64,000 nucleotides of DNA from Patescibacteria group bacterium (GTDB lineage Bacteria > Patescibacteriota > Doudnabacteria > UBA920 > O2-02-FULL-48-8): assembly GCA_036278915.1 (NCBI GenBank), contig DASUKB010000001.1:7259-71258 (forward strand), written 5' to 3'. Shown here piece after piece: positions 15,363-24,627 of this stretch (the stretch's first letter is position 1; each line of letters begins with the position of its first letter). The notes beneath the pieces are model-generated. The model was not told the origin of the DNA, did no database searches, and worked only from the letters and a program-made list of their open reading frames with translations. A program made the translations under genes and the position numbers.

Positions 15363-16268
15363 TTACATATGCATGCCCGGCATGTCGGCATCTTGTCCGG
15401 CTTCCGGGGCCATAAATTTCATAATCACTTCGTTGTAAAGGTTGGGTTCCACTGGCGCAAAGAAGGCTTGCGGATTATATTCGCTCGGCTTTGCCAGGTC
15501 GTTATACCCGGCTAAAGTCAGCTCAGAGGATGTTGCCTGCATCGAGTTTAGCCAGGAATTGAAATCATCTGAAGATACGGATTTGGCCGTAAACTTCATG
15601 CCCGCAAAACCTGCGCCATTGATTTCCGCGGCCGTGCCCGCGTATTCACCAGCGGAGTCGGCCATAAGGTTGAGCTGGGTGACCATACCCGGCATAGCGT
15701 ACATTTGTCCTCCTAATTGTGGAATCCAAAACGAACTCATTGGTGCGTCTGCTGTTAACTGGAAATTCACGGGCGTATTTTGTGGAAATTCCACGAAGTT
15801 TACCGTAGCGATATTTTGTCCAGGGTAGATAAACAGCCACTTCCACTGCAGGGCCACGACTTGGATGGTCAAAGTTTTTGTGCCTGGGTCAATTTTTTTG
15901 TAAGGGTCCACGGCGTGGCTTGTGTTCCAGGTCAAAATTCCAAGCAATACAACAATAGCCGCTGGCAGGCCCCATCGAATGAATTCCCATTCCAGATTGT
16001 GGTCCCACTCCGGCTGGTAGTCTGCTTGTTCGTTTGTGGCCCGGTACTTGTAGGCGATTACAAATGTCGCTACCAAAAGCGGCACGGCCAAGGTCAGCAT
16101 AAGCAGTACCGCCGTAAACATAGTACTGCGTTCTTGGTGCGCGATAATGCCTTGAGGATTGAGTAACTGGAAATTGTGCCCGCGCAAAAGGAGGCTGATC
16201 GTGATAATGGTTGCAGCAACTAGCAAAATCGGCAGAATAATTTTTAATTTTTTTGAAATTTGTTTCAT
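15363..16268 (-). CDS. cyoA: cytochrome bo3 ubiquinol oxidase subunit II
   Basis: signal/TM start MKQISKKLKIILPILLVAA, quinol-oxidase subunit II fold; TATAAT-like -10 and GAGG SD just upstream of the ATG at 16268 (ORF track extends to 16301). Confidence 0.85.
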   Translation of the reverse strand: MKQISKKLKIILPILLVAATIITISLLLRGHNFQLLNPQGIIAHQERSTMFTAVLLMLTLAVPLLVATFVIAYKYRATNEQADYQPEWDHNLEWEFIRWGLPAAIVVLLGILTWNTSHAVDPYKKIDPGTKTLTIQVVALQWKWLFIYPGQNIATVNFVEFPQNTPVNFQLTADAPMSSFWIPQLGGQMYAMPGMVTQLNLMADSAGEYAGTAAEINGAGFAGMKFTAKSVSSDDFNSWLNSMQATSSELTLAGYNDLAKPSEYNPQAFFAPVEPNLYNEVIMKFMAPEAGQDADMPGMHM

Positions 16269-16350
16269 TCGGAATTGCCTCAAATGCATTATATCACGCA
16301 AAAAAACAACGGAGAAGTCAAGTCTGGCTTTTCCGTGTTGTTCCTTGAAT

Positions 16351-16692
16351 TTAAATTTGAAAAACCAGATACAGCGCGGTGAAGAACAGTCCTACGTCGC
16401 GGAAGGTTTCCAAGAAAATTCCTCGGCCAAAGCCGTTGAGGAAAATAATCGCCAAAAAATCCAAAGCCGTAAGTGCTGCAAACACGCGCGTCTTCCAGTT
16501 GGACAGCAATAGCAGCCCTAAGATAATTTCTCCGCCGCCGTGCAAATGAAGCGCGAGTTCTCGGCTAACCCCGAAATTTTCTACCCAGGCCGGAACAAAC
16601 CCGACCCAGTCGTTGATGTGCACAAACGAGTCAATGCCGGCAAACAAGAGCGTGAACGCCAACCCGACTTGCAGCAGGTATTTGGTTTTCAT
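16351..16692 (-). CDS. DoxX-family small membrane protein
   Basis: 113 aa, three to four TM helices, DoxX-like pattern; immediately upstream of and co-oriented with cyoA. Confidence 0.55.
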   Translation of the reverse strand: MKTKYLLQVGLAFTLLFAGIDSFVHINDWVGFVPAWVENFGVSRELALHLHGGGEIILGLLLLSNWKTRVFAALTALDFLAIIFLNGFGRGIFLETFRDVGLFFTALYLVFQI

Positions 16693-16722
16693 AAGTTTTG
16701 TTTTTAATTTTGTTTTCGGAAA

Positions 16723-17322
16723 TTATTCAGAAAACTGGAAACTGTTGAGCACATCATCCAATTTGGCCTGAACGTCTGCGCTGTCCACTTCCGTAACTGA
16801 CCCTGCCGGGTAATTGCCGATGTTTGAAGTGTGGATGGTTTCGTCTATTTCAATGCAATTGTTGTTGTGCAATGTCCGGTAGACGTTGGATTCATAAATA
16901 TTGCCGGCCCCCGCGCCGTTGGACTTGGTCATGTTGAATTGGGTGCCGTTGATGGTGACGGCGGTTTTGAATCCGTCGCCGCCTTCGGGCGGTGTGAGCG
17001 CCAGGCAGTCGGAAAGAGATTTGGCAAACTGGGTGCTGACTCCAAACGCGGCGTCCCCGAAGTTGGTGCCGGGGTATTGATCCTGTCCAATCTGTATTTG
17101 TACAACCTTGTCATCAAGATTGGGGTAGGTTGGCGTGACAAACTGCATTGAGTTGGGATAATCAAAACTGAACCCATAAGTGGAATTGCTGTAGGTTTGG
17201 GTGTTGCTGGCTGGCGGATTTTGGGTGTTGCCGGTTTGGTTTGGGTTATTTTGCGTGGCGGACTGGTTGCAAGCGGCGGCAATTAGAGCGACCACACCGG
17301 CAACAATGATAAGCTTTTTCAT
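16723..17322 (-). CDS. lipoprotein, hypothetical (N/T/Q-rich)
   Basis: MKKLIIVAGVVALIAAAC lipobox at the probable start. Confidence 0.6.
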   Translation of the reverse strand: MKKLIIVAGVVALIAAACNQSATQNNPNQTGNTQNPPASNTQTYSNSTYGFSFDYPNSMQFVTPTYPNLDDKVVQIQIGQDQYPGTNFGDAAFGVSTQFAKSLSDCLALTPPEGGDGFKTAVTINGTQFNMTKSNGAGAGNIYESNVYRTLHNNNCIEIDETIHTSNIGNYPAGSVTEVDSADVQAKLDDVLNSFQFSE

Positions 17323-17455
17323 ACGTTTTAGATTAATAATGTACATATATTATACGTCAAAACCGCATGCTTGCAACCGTTAAAATGGACAGATTGACAA
17401 AACCTGGCCAAAAGCTTAAGGTTTGTAGGTAATCTGGCATTAATTTTTCATTTTT

Positions 17456-19081
17456 ATGTCCATTTTTGACCGTTTTGCAACCGATAAAAACCGCTGGTGG
17501 GCATTGGTGTTTTTGGCTGTTGGCCTGGCAATTGTCATCATCGACAACACTGTTTTGAACGTGGCAATTCCATACATACTCCGTGATCTGAGCGCATCGC
17601 TGGACGGGATCCAGTGGGTGGTGTCGGGATACGCGTTGATTATTGCAACTTTGCTGATTTTGGCCGGGCGCTTGGGCGATATTTTCGGCCGGCGGAAAAT
17701 ATTTGTGATTGGCATCGTCCTGTTTGCGGTGGGATCGTTTATCGCATCCATTGCCAAATCCATTGGCATTTTATTTTTAGGTGAGGCAATAATCGAAGCT
17801 ATCGGCGCGGCCGGCATGCTGACCTCATCGTTGTCGCTTCTGGTCTCCGAATTTCAAGGCCGCGAACGTGCCATTGCTTTCGGCGTCTGGGGTTCGGTAG
17901 CGGGCGCGTCCGCCACAGTCGGACCGCTTCTGGGCGGATATTTTACGACCTACCATTCTTGGCGATGGTCCTTGCGCATCAACGTTGTAGTGGCTGTTAT
18001 TGCAATCTTAGGCTCGGTGTTTATAAAAGAGTCCAAGGGCGAAGCATCCCGCGGCCGGTTTGACGTGCTTGGGACCGTACTTTCAGGGCTGGGATTGTTC
18101 AGCTTGGTCTTTGGGTTTATAGAAGCGCAAAAATATGGCTGGTGGAATGCCTTGCAAGTATTTAAACTCGGGTCATGGTCGCTGTCATTTGGAACTTTGT
18201 CGATCGTGCCCGTGGCATTTGCGGTTTCCTTATGTTTGCTGGCGTGGTTCGTTTTTCATGAAATCAGGATTGAACGCCAAGGAGGCTCGCCGCTTTTGCG
18301 CATGAGCATGTTCCATAATAAATCCTTCAGTTTCGGTCTTGTGACATTGCTGATTATCGCGCTCGGCCAGTTTGGCGTGTTCTTTATCTTGCCGATATTC
18401 TTGCAAAATGTTTTGGGCCTGACGGCTCTGGGCACAGGCGTCGTGTTTTTATCAAGTTCCTTAACTGTCATGATAGTAGGGCCTTTGTCGGGTTTTTTGG
18501 CTGCTAAATTCGGCATTAAATCTGTGATCACGGTAGGGATGATCGCATCTGTAATTGGCACGTTCTGGCTGGCGTTGTCCATAAACCCTAACGCGACTGG
18601 TTGGTCACTTGCGCCCGCATTTATAATGTTTGGCATTGGCGTGGGCGCGACTGCCGCCCAGTTGACTAACCTCGTGCTGTCATCAGTGCGCGTCAGCCTA
18701 GCCGGAGAGGCATCCGCTATAAACAATACCATTCGGCAGGTGGGCACAAGCATCGGCATTGCAATTCTGGGTACAGTGCTAGCTTCCATGATTGGCTCAA
18801 ATCTTGGACAGAATATCAACTCTGATCGAGTTATTCCGGATGACCAAAAATCACAAATTATCTCAAGCATTTCCAGCAATTCCGTGGAAAGTGGTGAGTC
18901 CGAAGCCGTCCAAAAATACGGCGGCGATTTATTGGTGGGTTTGGCTGTCAAAAACGACGTCAATGCCGCGCTCACGCAATCGGCAAAAGACGCGCTCAAC
19001 ACCGCCGGCGTGTTTGTGCTTCTGGGCACAATTTGTTCATTCTTTATACCCACATCTATCACAAATCACGAAGAAAATTAG
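17456..19081 (+). CDS. MFS transporter, DHA2 (14-TM drug:H+ antiporter, EmrB/QacA-like)
   Basis: 541 aa with about 14 TM helices; GRLGDIFGRRK motif typical of MFS. Confidence 0.85.
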   Translation: MSIFDRFATDKNRWWALVFLAVGLAIVIIDNTVLNVAIPYILRDLSASLDGIQWVVSGYALIIATLLILAGRLGDIFGRRKIFVIGIVLFAVGSFIASIAKSIGILFLGEAIIEAIGAAGMLTSSLSLLVSEFQGRERAIAFGVWGSVAGASATVGPLLGGYFTTYHSWRWSLRINVVVAVIAILGSVFIKESKGEASRGRFDVLGTVLSGLGLFSLVFGFIEAQKYGWWNALQVFKLGSWSLSFGTLSIVPVAFAVSLCLLAWFVFHEIRIERQGGSPLLRMSMFHNKSFSFGLVTLLIIALGQFGVFFILPIFLQNVLGLTALGTGVVFLSSSLTVMIVGPLSGFLAAKFGIKSVITVGMIASVIGTFWLALSINPNATGWSLAPAFIMFGIGVGATAAQLTNLVLSSVRVSLAGEASAINNTIRQVGTSIGIAILGTVLASMIGSNLGQNINSDRVIPDDQKSQIISSISSNSVESGESEAVQKYGGDLLVGLAVKNDVNAALTQSAKDALNTAGVFVLLGTICSFFIPTSITNHEEN

Positions 19082-19130
19082 TCATTTGCTCCTGAATCTG
19101 CTATAATTATTCGGTCATTAAAAAAAACTT

Positions 19131-19418
19131 ATGGAAAAAAACACCAAAGACAAAGAAGCTGTGTATTGTTCTTGCGACAACTGTCGGCCTGGCTACTCCA
19201 TGCACCGCCATTTTTGGTTGCGGTGGCTGCTTGGCCTCATCATTATCGGCATGGTGTTTGCGGTCGGATTTAAGATCGGGGAGTTCAAGGGCTATTTTGA
19301 TACAACTTTTGGCCAACCGTCCCCGGTGCGCGGTAATTTTTATCGCGTTTATCAGCCTATGGTCACAACACCTACGCCGGCACCGACGGATGACAGCAGT
19401 TCTAGAGCTGCTCAATAA
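19131..19418 (+). CDS. small membrane protein with an N-terminal Cys cluster, hypothetical
   Basis: CSCDNC motif, then one TM helix. Confidence 0.4.
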   Translation: MEKNTKDKEAVYCSCDNCRPGYSMHRHFWLRWLLGLIIIGMVFAVGFKIGEFKGYFDTTFGQPSPVRGNFYRVYQPMVTTPTPAPTDDSSSRAAQ

Positions 19419-19424
19419 AACAAC

Positions 19425-19832
19425 ATGAGACAGCGCGGGTTTACTCTGATTGAATTATTAGTGGTGATTGCCATCATCGGCATTTTGGCCGCGGTTGTTT
19501 TGATCAATGTCAGCGCCGGCCGAGTGAAGTCGCGCGATGCGCGCAGGCTCAGCGACATGCATGACATCCAGACTGCTTTGGAAATCTATAACAACGATTG
19601 TAATCAGTACCCGGCAACTTGGAGCTTGGACGAGAGTTCCGGGTGTCCTGACGGTACAACTCTAAGCAGCTTTTTACCAGTCTTGCCTAAAGACCCCACG
19701 GATCCGCAATATACATACAATTATACCTACGATTCTGATAATCAAACTTACACTATGACTTTCACTTTGGAAGACACGGCGGCTGGATTGCCCGCGGGAT
19801 CTCATACACTGACTCCGAACAGCATCCAATAA
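19425..19832 (+). CDS. type IV pilin (prepilin with class III signal)
   Basis: MRQRGFTLIELLVVIAIIGILAAVV N-terminus. Confidence 0.9.
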   Translation: MRQRGFTLIELLVVIAIIGILAAVVLINVSAGRVKSRDARRLSDMHDIQTALEIYNNDCNQYPATWSLDESSGCPDGTTLSSFLPVLPKDPTDPQYTYNYTYDSDNQTYTMTFTLEDTAAGLPAGSHTLTPNSIQ

Positions 19833-19877
19833 TTTTACGGCTTTGTTGGAAGCCATGGTTTGTGTTATAATGTCTGC

Positions 19878-20387
19878 ATGATTGATAAGTCCTTGAAACA
19901 AAAATTGCTCCAGCTCAATCCGCTGGCTATTTTTTATTATTTTTGCGCGACTATCGTGGTCGTGCGCGGCGTTATTTTTCTGTCTTTGTTTTGGAACCAC
20001 ACACCTGCTATATTTGTGCGTGGCTGGCATATCCACCATTTTATTTTCGGCTTCTTATTTTTACTCCTGGCGCTAGATGAAACCGGCAAGGCTAAATTTC
20101 CGAGATTTTTGCTGGAGATTTTTTACGGCATCGGATTTGGACTCATCTTTGATGAATTTGCATACTGGACATTCGGCCGGTTCGATTATTGGAGTATCCA
20201 TAATTTTTACGCCATGGTCGCGTTGTCTATTGCCGCTGGGATTCTTACAGCCATAGACCAACAGACCTACCATTTCAATGTTCATCGGAAGAAAACTCGA
20301 CCTGCAAAATTTTCGTTCAAGCGGCATTTCTGCATCCCATGCCTGTCATTTATGGGGCTGTTGAGCATTTTCTTTCTGATTAGATGA
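19878..20387 (+). CDS. polytopic membrane protein, hypothetical
   Basis: several TM helices; ATGA overlap with the next gene. Confidence 0.5.
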   Translation: MIDKSLKQKLLQLNPLAIFYYFCATIVVVRGVIFLSLFWNHTPAIFVRGWHIHHFIFGFLFLLLALDETGKAKFPRFLLEIFYGIGFGLIFDEFAYWTFGRFDYWSIHNFYAMVALSIAAGILTAIDQQTYHFNVHRKKTRPAKFSFKRHFCIPCLSFMGLLSIFFLIR

Positions 20388-20878
20388 TTGCCACCATAGT
20401 TAGCATCGTTTTGCTGGCTGCCTGCATTGGTATGATTTGGTATATAATGCAGGGGCCTTTTTTTGTGCCCACCCTCGCCCTTACCGTGGCGCAGATGGTG
20501 GAATTATCAGGTATCAAGCCCGGACAAAAATTTGCCGATTTGGGATCCGGTGATGGACGGGTGGTGGTGGCATTTGCGCGCGCCGGAGCGCAAGCGACGG
20601 GCTTTGAAATCAACCCTTTGCTGGTTTGGTACTCGCGTTGGAAAATCCGCAGGTTTAAACTATCCAACGCGCAGATTTTGACGTCTAATTTTTGGCATAA
20701 AAATTTAGGGGAATATGACTGTCTAACTGTGTTTGGGATAGACCACATTATGCCAAGCTTGGGCAAAAAACTTGTTGCCGAACTTGGACCTCAGGCGATA
20801 GTGATTTCAAACGCATTTCGGATTCCGGGGCTTACGCAAATCGGACAGAAAGGCAGTTTGATTATTTATAAAAAATAA
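20384..20878 (+). CDS. class I SAM-dependent methyltransferase with an N-terminal TM anchor
   Basis: motif I DLGSGDGRVVVAFA. Confidence 0.7.
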   Translation: MIATIVSIVLLAACIGMIWYIMQGPFFVPTLALTVAQMVELSGIKPGQKFADLGSGDGRVVVAFARAGAQATGFEINPLLVWYSRWKIRRFKLSNAQILTSNFWHKNLGEYDCLTVFGIDHIMPSLGKKLVAELGPQAIVISNAFRIPGLTQIGQKGSLIIYKK

Positions 20879-20949
20879 TTACTTGCGCTGCTGGTATTTT
20901 AATAAAATTGTGATAACATAAGGACTTGGTTTGAACCCGGGGGTGTTAA

Positions 20950-21312
20950 ATGAGTCGTCGTGCAAAGATCCGTCGTAGAATCAGGAGGAGCACAAGCTCA
21001 ACCACGAGACAAATTGGTCCATATCTGCCCGTGCGCGATTCTCTGTCTCAAAGGTTTCGAGCCGTTAGGTTCGCAGGAGTACTGACGCTCGGATTCTTTC
21101 GGAGGTTCGTACCTGGATACCTGGCTTACCCCAAGTCAATTTCCAGAGCTACGGTTCTGAACCTGCTTTCTGGCACAAATTGGTCAGAGACAAAGATCCG
21201 CCGAAGCTTCGGTAGGATTTGGGCTGAGGACAAGCCCAAAGACTACCTGCGCGGGTTGGGCAGGCTGCAGCGCGAAAGCTGGGAATACAACAAAGGAGGG
21301 GACACACAATAG
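20950..21312 (+). CDS. arginine-rich hypothetical ORF in a GC-rich segment; coding status uncertain
   Basis: weak SD; ends before terminator hairpin GAAGGTGGGCCTAACGGTTCACCTTC at 21329-21365. Confidence 0.3.
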   Translation: MSRRAKIRRRIRRSTSSTTRQIGPYLPVRDSLSQRFRAVRFAGVLTLGFFRRFVPGYLAYPKSISRATVLNLLSGTNWSETKIRRSFGRIWAEDKPKDYLRGLGRLQRESWEYNKGGDTQ

Positions 21313-21420
21313 GAGGTGGAAATTTTACGAAGGTGGGCCTAACGGTTCACCTTCATTTCTTTACAAAACGCGTCTTTTCTGCTAAATTATGTGGGCAAAT
21401 CTAATTTATCATCCGATGAA

Positions 21421-21497
21421 GGGCGACTAGCTCAGGTGGTTAGAGCGCGTCACTGATAATGACGAGGTCGATGGTTCGAGTCCATCGTCGCCCACCA
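21421..21497 (+). tRNA. tRNA-Ile (anticodon GAU)
   Basis: cloverleaf GGGCGAC/GTCGCCC acceptor, anticodon loop CTGATAA, T-loop TTCGAGT, encoded CCA. Confidence 0.9.
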
Positions 21498-21526
21498 TTG
21501 GCGGATAAATATTTTAAAACCAAAAC

Positions 21527-21766
21527 ATGAGATTTATTTGGGGCCTCGTTTGGATAGCCATCGGCGTCGGCGTTATAAAATACAGTTTTCAAATTACGAA
21601 TTTTTTCGGACATGTGCCTTGGGCCGAACAGCATATCGGCGGCGGCGGCACTTACACAATGTATAAAATTGCCGGGATCGTAATTATAATATTCGCGTTT
21701 TTGTATATGTTCGGCAATACTGGATTTTTAACTGGCCGTCTGGCACCTCTTTTTGGCGGAGGCTAA
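21527..21766 (+). CDS. small 2-TM membrane protein, hypothetical
   Basis: two hydrophobic helices, Gly-rich ends. Confidence 0.4.
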   Translation: MRFIWGLVWIAIGVGVIKYSFQITNFFGHVPWAEQHIGGGGTYTMYKIAGIVIIIFAFLYMFGNTGFLTGRLAPLFGGG

Positions 21767-21830
21767 TGTTTTCTACGTGAATTAAAACGCCAGCGCGGTT
21801 TGATTTTGTGAGGAGCGGTATGTTCGGGGA

Positions 21831-21904
21831 GGGCCGTTAGCATAGTGGTAGTGCAGTCGGTTTGCATCCGACAGGCGCGAGTCCGATTCTCGCACGGTCC
21901 ACCA
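21831..21904 (+). tRNA. tRNA-Ala (anticodon UGC)
   Basis: anticodon loop TTTGCAT; G3:U70 alanine identity pair in the acceptor stem; encoded CCA. Confidence 0.8.
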
Positions 21905-22116
21905 AAGAAGACTTTTTCAAGAGTTTGGAAAGGTCTTTTTTGTTTGTTTATGTTCTAATTTGACAAAGCATTTCATTTCTGACATACTTGGGGAGAAGTT
22001 GGTCTTTGAACCTCCATCAAAATTCAGAAACAAACTATAGATAACCTTTGTCTCACCAATCATCCCCGGCCCTTCTTTGTCGAGGGAGAAGGGAGTCCTA
22101 AAAGGTAGGGAACCAA

Positions 22117-23163
22117 ATGTTATTTGCCAAACAAAAAAACCAACTCGGCATAGATATTGGCACGTCCAATATCAAATTGGTGGAACTTAAACCAACGGAA
22201 CAAGGGTTTGTTTTAAATACATATGGAATAGCCAATGTCTCCTATAGTTTGGCGGGCAAAGACAGCGCATCGGCTATTACGCAGGCCGCGACAGTACTTA
22301 AGGAGCTTATGAAGCGTTCGGGCACGACCACTACCAAAGCGGTCGCAAGTCTTCCCAACAATGTGGTGTTTACATCCGTTATTGAATTGCCCAAAATTCC
22401 GGAAAACGAGATGAAGAAAGCCATAGAGTTTGAGGCCAAAAAATATGTGCCTCTGCCTTTGGAAGAGGTTGCTCTTTCCTGGAGTATAGTCGGGGACAAA
22501 AATGCCGTCATTAAGGAGACGGGGATGAGGGCTTCCGAAGACAAGCAAAAGATCCTTTTGACTGCAGTACCAACTGTGGTCATAGACAATTACATAAAGA
22601 TGTTCCATCTGGCCGGGGTTACGCCGCAGGCACTAGAAATCGAAGCACTGGCTCTAATCCGATCCGTAGTTGGTGAAGATGTCAAATCCATTTTGCTTAT
22701 AGATATCGGAGCTAAAAGCACAAGCATCAATTTGGTGGACAACAACTATCTTCGGTTATCCAAATCGTTGAGTGTCGGCGGAGATACTATTACCAATAGT
22801 TTGTCCCAGAGCCTGTCTGTCAACTTTGCCCGAGCCGAACAATTTAAAAAAGACTTTGGCATGACAGAAGAAGGTTCTCAGATTCCGCACGTTATCCGGC
22901 CGGTGCTTGATTTAATCAAGAACGAAGCAAGCCAGCTCATAAATTTATTTGAAAGCCGGGGTAATGTTCTGGGAAGAGTCGTTTTTTCCGGAGCTGGTTC
23001 CAGACTTCCAGGCCTACCGGAATATTTCGCTGGTTTGGGCAAACCAGTATCGCTGGCCAATCCTTGGACTCGGGTTGTTTATCCGCAAGATTTAAAGCCG
23101 GTTATAAATCCCTTGGGCATTAATCTAGCCGTGGCAATAGGTCTTGCAATGCGACCAAACTAA
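22117..23163 (+). CDS. pilM: type IV pilus assembly protein PilM (actin-like ATPase fold)
   Basis: N-terminal LGIDIGTSNIKLVEL; 348 aa; first gene of a pilMNO cluster. Confidence 0.85.
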   Translation: MLFAKQKNQLGIDIGTSNIKLVELKPTEQGFVLNTYGIANVSYSLAGKDSASAITQAATVLKELMKRSGTTTTKAVASLPNNVVFTSVIELPKIPENEMKKAIEFEAKKYVPLPLEEVALSWSIVGDKNAVIKETGMRASEDKQKILLTAVPTVVIDNYIKMFHLAGVTPQALEIEALALIRSVVGEDVKSILLIDIGAKSTSINLVDNNYLRLSKSLSVGGDTITNSLSQSLSVNFARAEQFKKDFGMTEEGSQIPHVIRPVLDLIKNEASQLINLFESRGNVLGRVVFSGAGSRLPGLPEYFAGLGKPVSLANPWTRVVYPQDLKPVINPLGINLAVAIGLAMRPN

Positions 23164-23179
23164 ACTTTCATAAAACCAA

Positions 23180-23737
23180 ATGCAAGAAATTAATTTACTT
23201 CAAAACAAAATCAAGGACCGGACGCTCCAGTACGAACGTTCTAACCGGATTGTTTTGGTTATATTTACCCTCATAGTTCTGGCAGAGCTTGCCTCAGTCG
23301 GTGGTTTGTTGCTTTTGACCAAAAGTACCAATAGTAAATCAGCTGATGTCGCAGCTAAATCGGCAGACATCCAGAATTCCATGGACTCAAGCCAGAGCGA
23401 TTTGACTACGGCCAAAGGTGTGCAAGCCCAACTTAAAAATGTTAGTGCTATTTTGACTAACCGGCTGTACTGGACTTCGTTTTTTGATCAGATCTCAAGC
23501 TTTATCCCAACTAATGTTCAATTAAACAACATCAGCGGCGAAAACCAGGATAATCAATTTCAACTCCAGGGCACGGCTCCCAGCTATTCAGATGTCGGCC
23601 GGATAATTTTGGCTTTCAGTACTTCGGATAAATTTCATGATGTGAAACTGACAACGCTTGCCCCGTCCGGCGGAACGACTGCGGGTTTTGATTTTGGTTT
23701 AAGCTTTACCGTGGATAATTCAATATTTAAGAAATAG
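23180..23737 (+). CDS. pilN: type IV pilus assembly protein PilN-like
   Basis: N-terminal INLLQ motif and single TM helix, directly after pilM. Confidence 0.7.
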   Translation: MQEINLLQNKIKDRTLQYERSNRIVLVIFTLIVLAELASVGGLLLLTKSTNSKSADVAAKSADIQNSMDSSQSDLTTAKGVQAQLKNVSAILTNRLYWTSFFDQISSFIPTNVQLNNISGENQDNQFQLQGTAPSYSDVGRIILAFSTSDKFHDVKLTTLAPSGGTTAGFDFGLSFTVDNSIFKK

Positions 23738-23738
23738 T

Positions 23739-24284
23739 ATGAGCTTCTCCGCAAAAAGTATCACTTCATTGATCCTGGTCGTAGGCGCAGTTGTGTTGGG
23801 CTATTTTGTGGTATTACCGCGTTGGAATGCTTACAGCGCTGCTAAGCAGGTTTTGGCCACCAACCAAGAACACGAAACGCAGTTGGAACAAAGCCAAACC
23901 CAACTGGATGCATTTCTGGCCGAATATAAAGCCCACACCGCAGATGCACAAACTTTGAATCAGGCTCTGCCGTTGTCCCGGCCCCAAATTTATGACGTGC
24001 TCAACAGTTTGGACGTCCTTACAGCTCAAAGCGGTCTGGCTTTGGGTGCAACTGGTTTCCAGGATACACCACAAAGCGACACGTTGAATGCCGCGTCCGA
24101 TTCCATACAGCCTATAGATATGACACTATCCGTATCGGGTGACTATAACGGCTTCAAAAATTTTATAAGTCTCTTGGAAACTAACCTCCGATTGATTGAC
24201 GTCAATTCGGTGTCTATTCATTCAGGAACAGCGGCCAACGTTTTAGATTTTACTATCTCTTTAAGGACCTATTACCAACAATAA
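23739..24284 (+). CDS. pilO: type IV pilus assembly protein PilO-like
   Basis: single TM plus coiled-coil periplasmic domain in canonical position. Confidence 0.6.
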   Translation: MSFSAKSITSLILVVGAVVLGYFVVLPRWNAYSAAKQVLATNQEHETQLEQSQTQLDAFLAEYKAHTADAQTLNQALPLSRPQIYDVLNSLDVLTAQSGLALGATGFQDTPQSDTLNAASDSIQPIDMTLSVSGDYNGFKNFISLLETNLRLIDVNSVSIHSGTAANVLDFTISLRTYYQQ

Positions 24285-24288
24285 TTTT

Positions 24289-24624
24289 ATGCCAGCCAAT
24301 AGAAACAAATTATATATCACAATTATCGTCATCTGCCTGTTGGCCACAGGCTTGGTGTTGTATTTTGGATTTTTCAAAAGTTCTGGAGGCAATGGACCAA
24401 TTCCTGAGTCGCACCCTGTAAGTACTGACGTTACTACGACCCCTGACACTACTATCACCACCGGTTCTTTAGATGTGGTCAATCTTGGCGCGCCAGCGGT
24501 TTTTCCGCAAGACACGACTTTTGACTGGAAATTGGTGGATTCCGATGCATTTCAGACGCTGAAACCTCTGCCGCCGCTTTCGCAAGGACCGTTGGGGCGA
24601 GACAATCCATTTACGAACCCCTAA
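24289..24624 (+). CDS. membrane-anchored T/P-rich hypothetical (possible PilP-like)
   Basis: position between pilO and pilB; one TM helix. Confidence 0.35.
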   Translation: MPANRNKLYITIIVICLLATGLVLYFGFFKSSGGNGPIPESHPVSTDVTTTPDTTITTGSLDVVNLGAPAVFPQDTTFDWKLVDSDAFQTLKPLPPLSQGPLGRDNPFTNP

Positions 24625-24627
24625 ACT

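Noticed and set aside
18256-19062. 268-aa antisense ORF inside the MFS transporter gene
   Set aside because: It is fully contained in the opposite strand of a well-supported 14-TM transporter gene, with no motifs.
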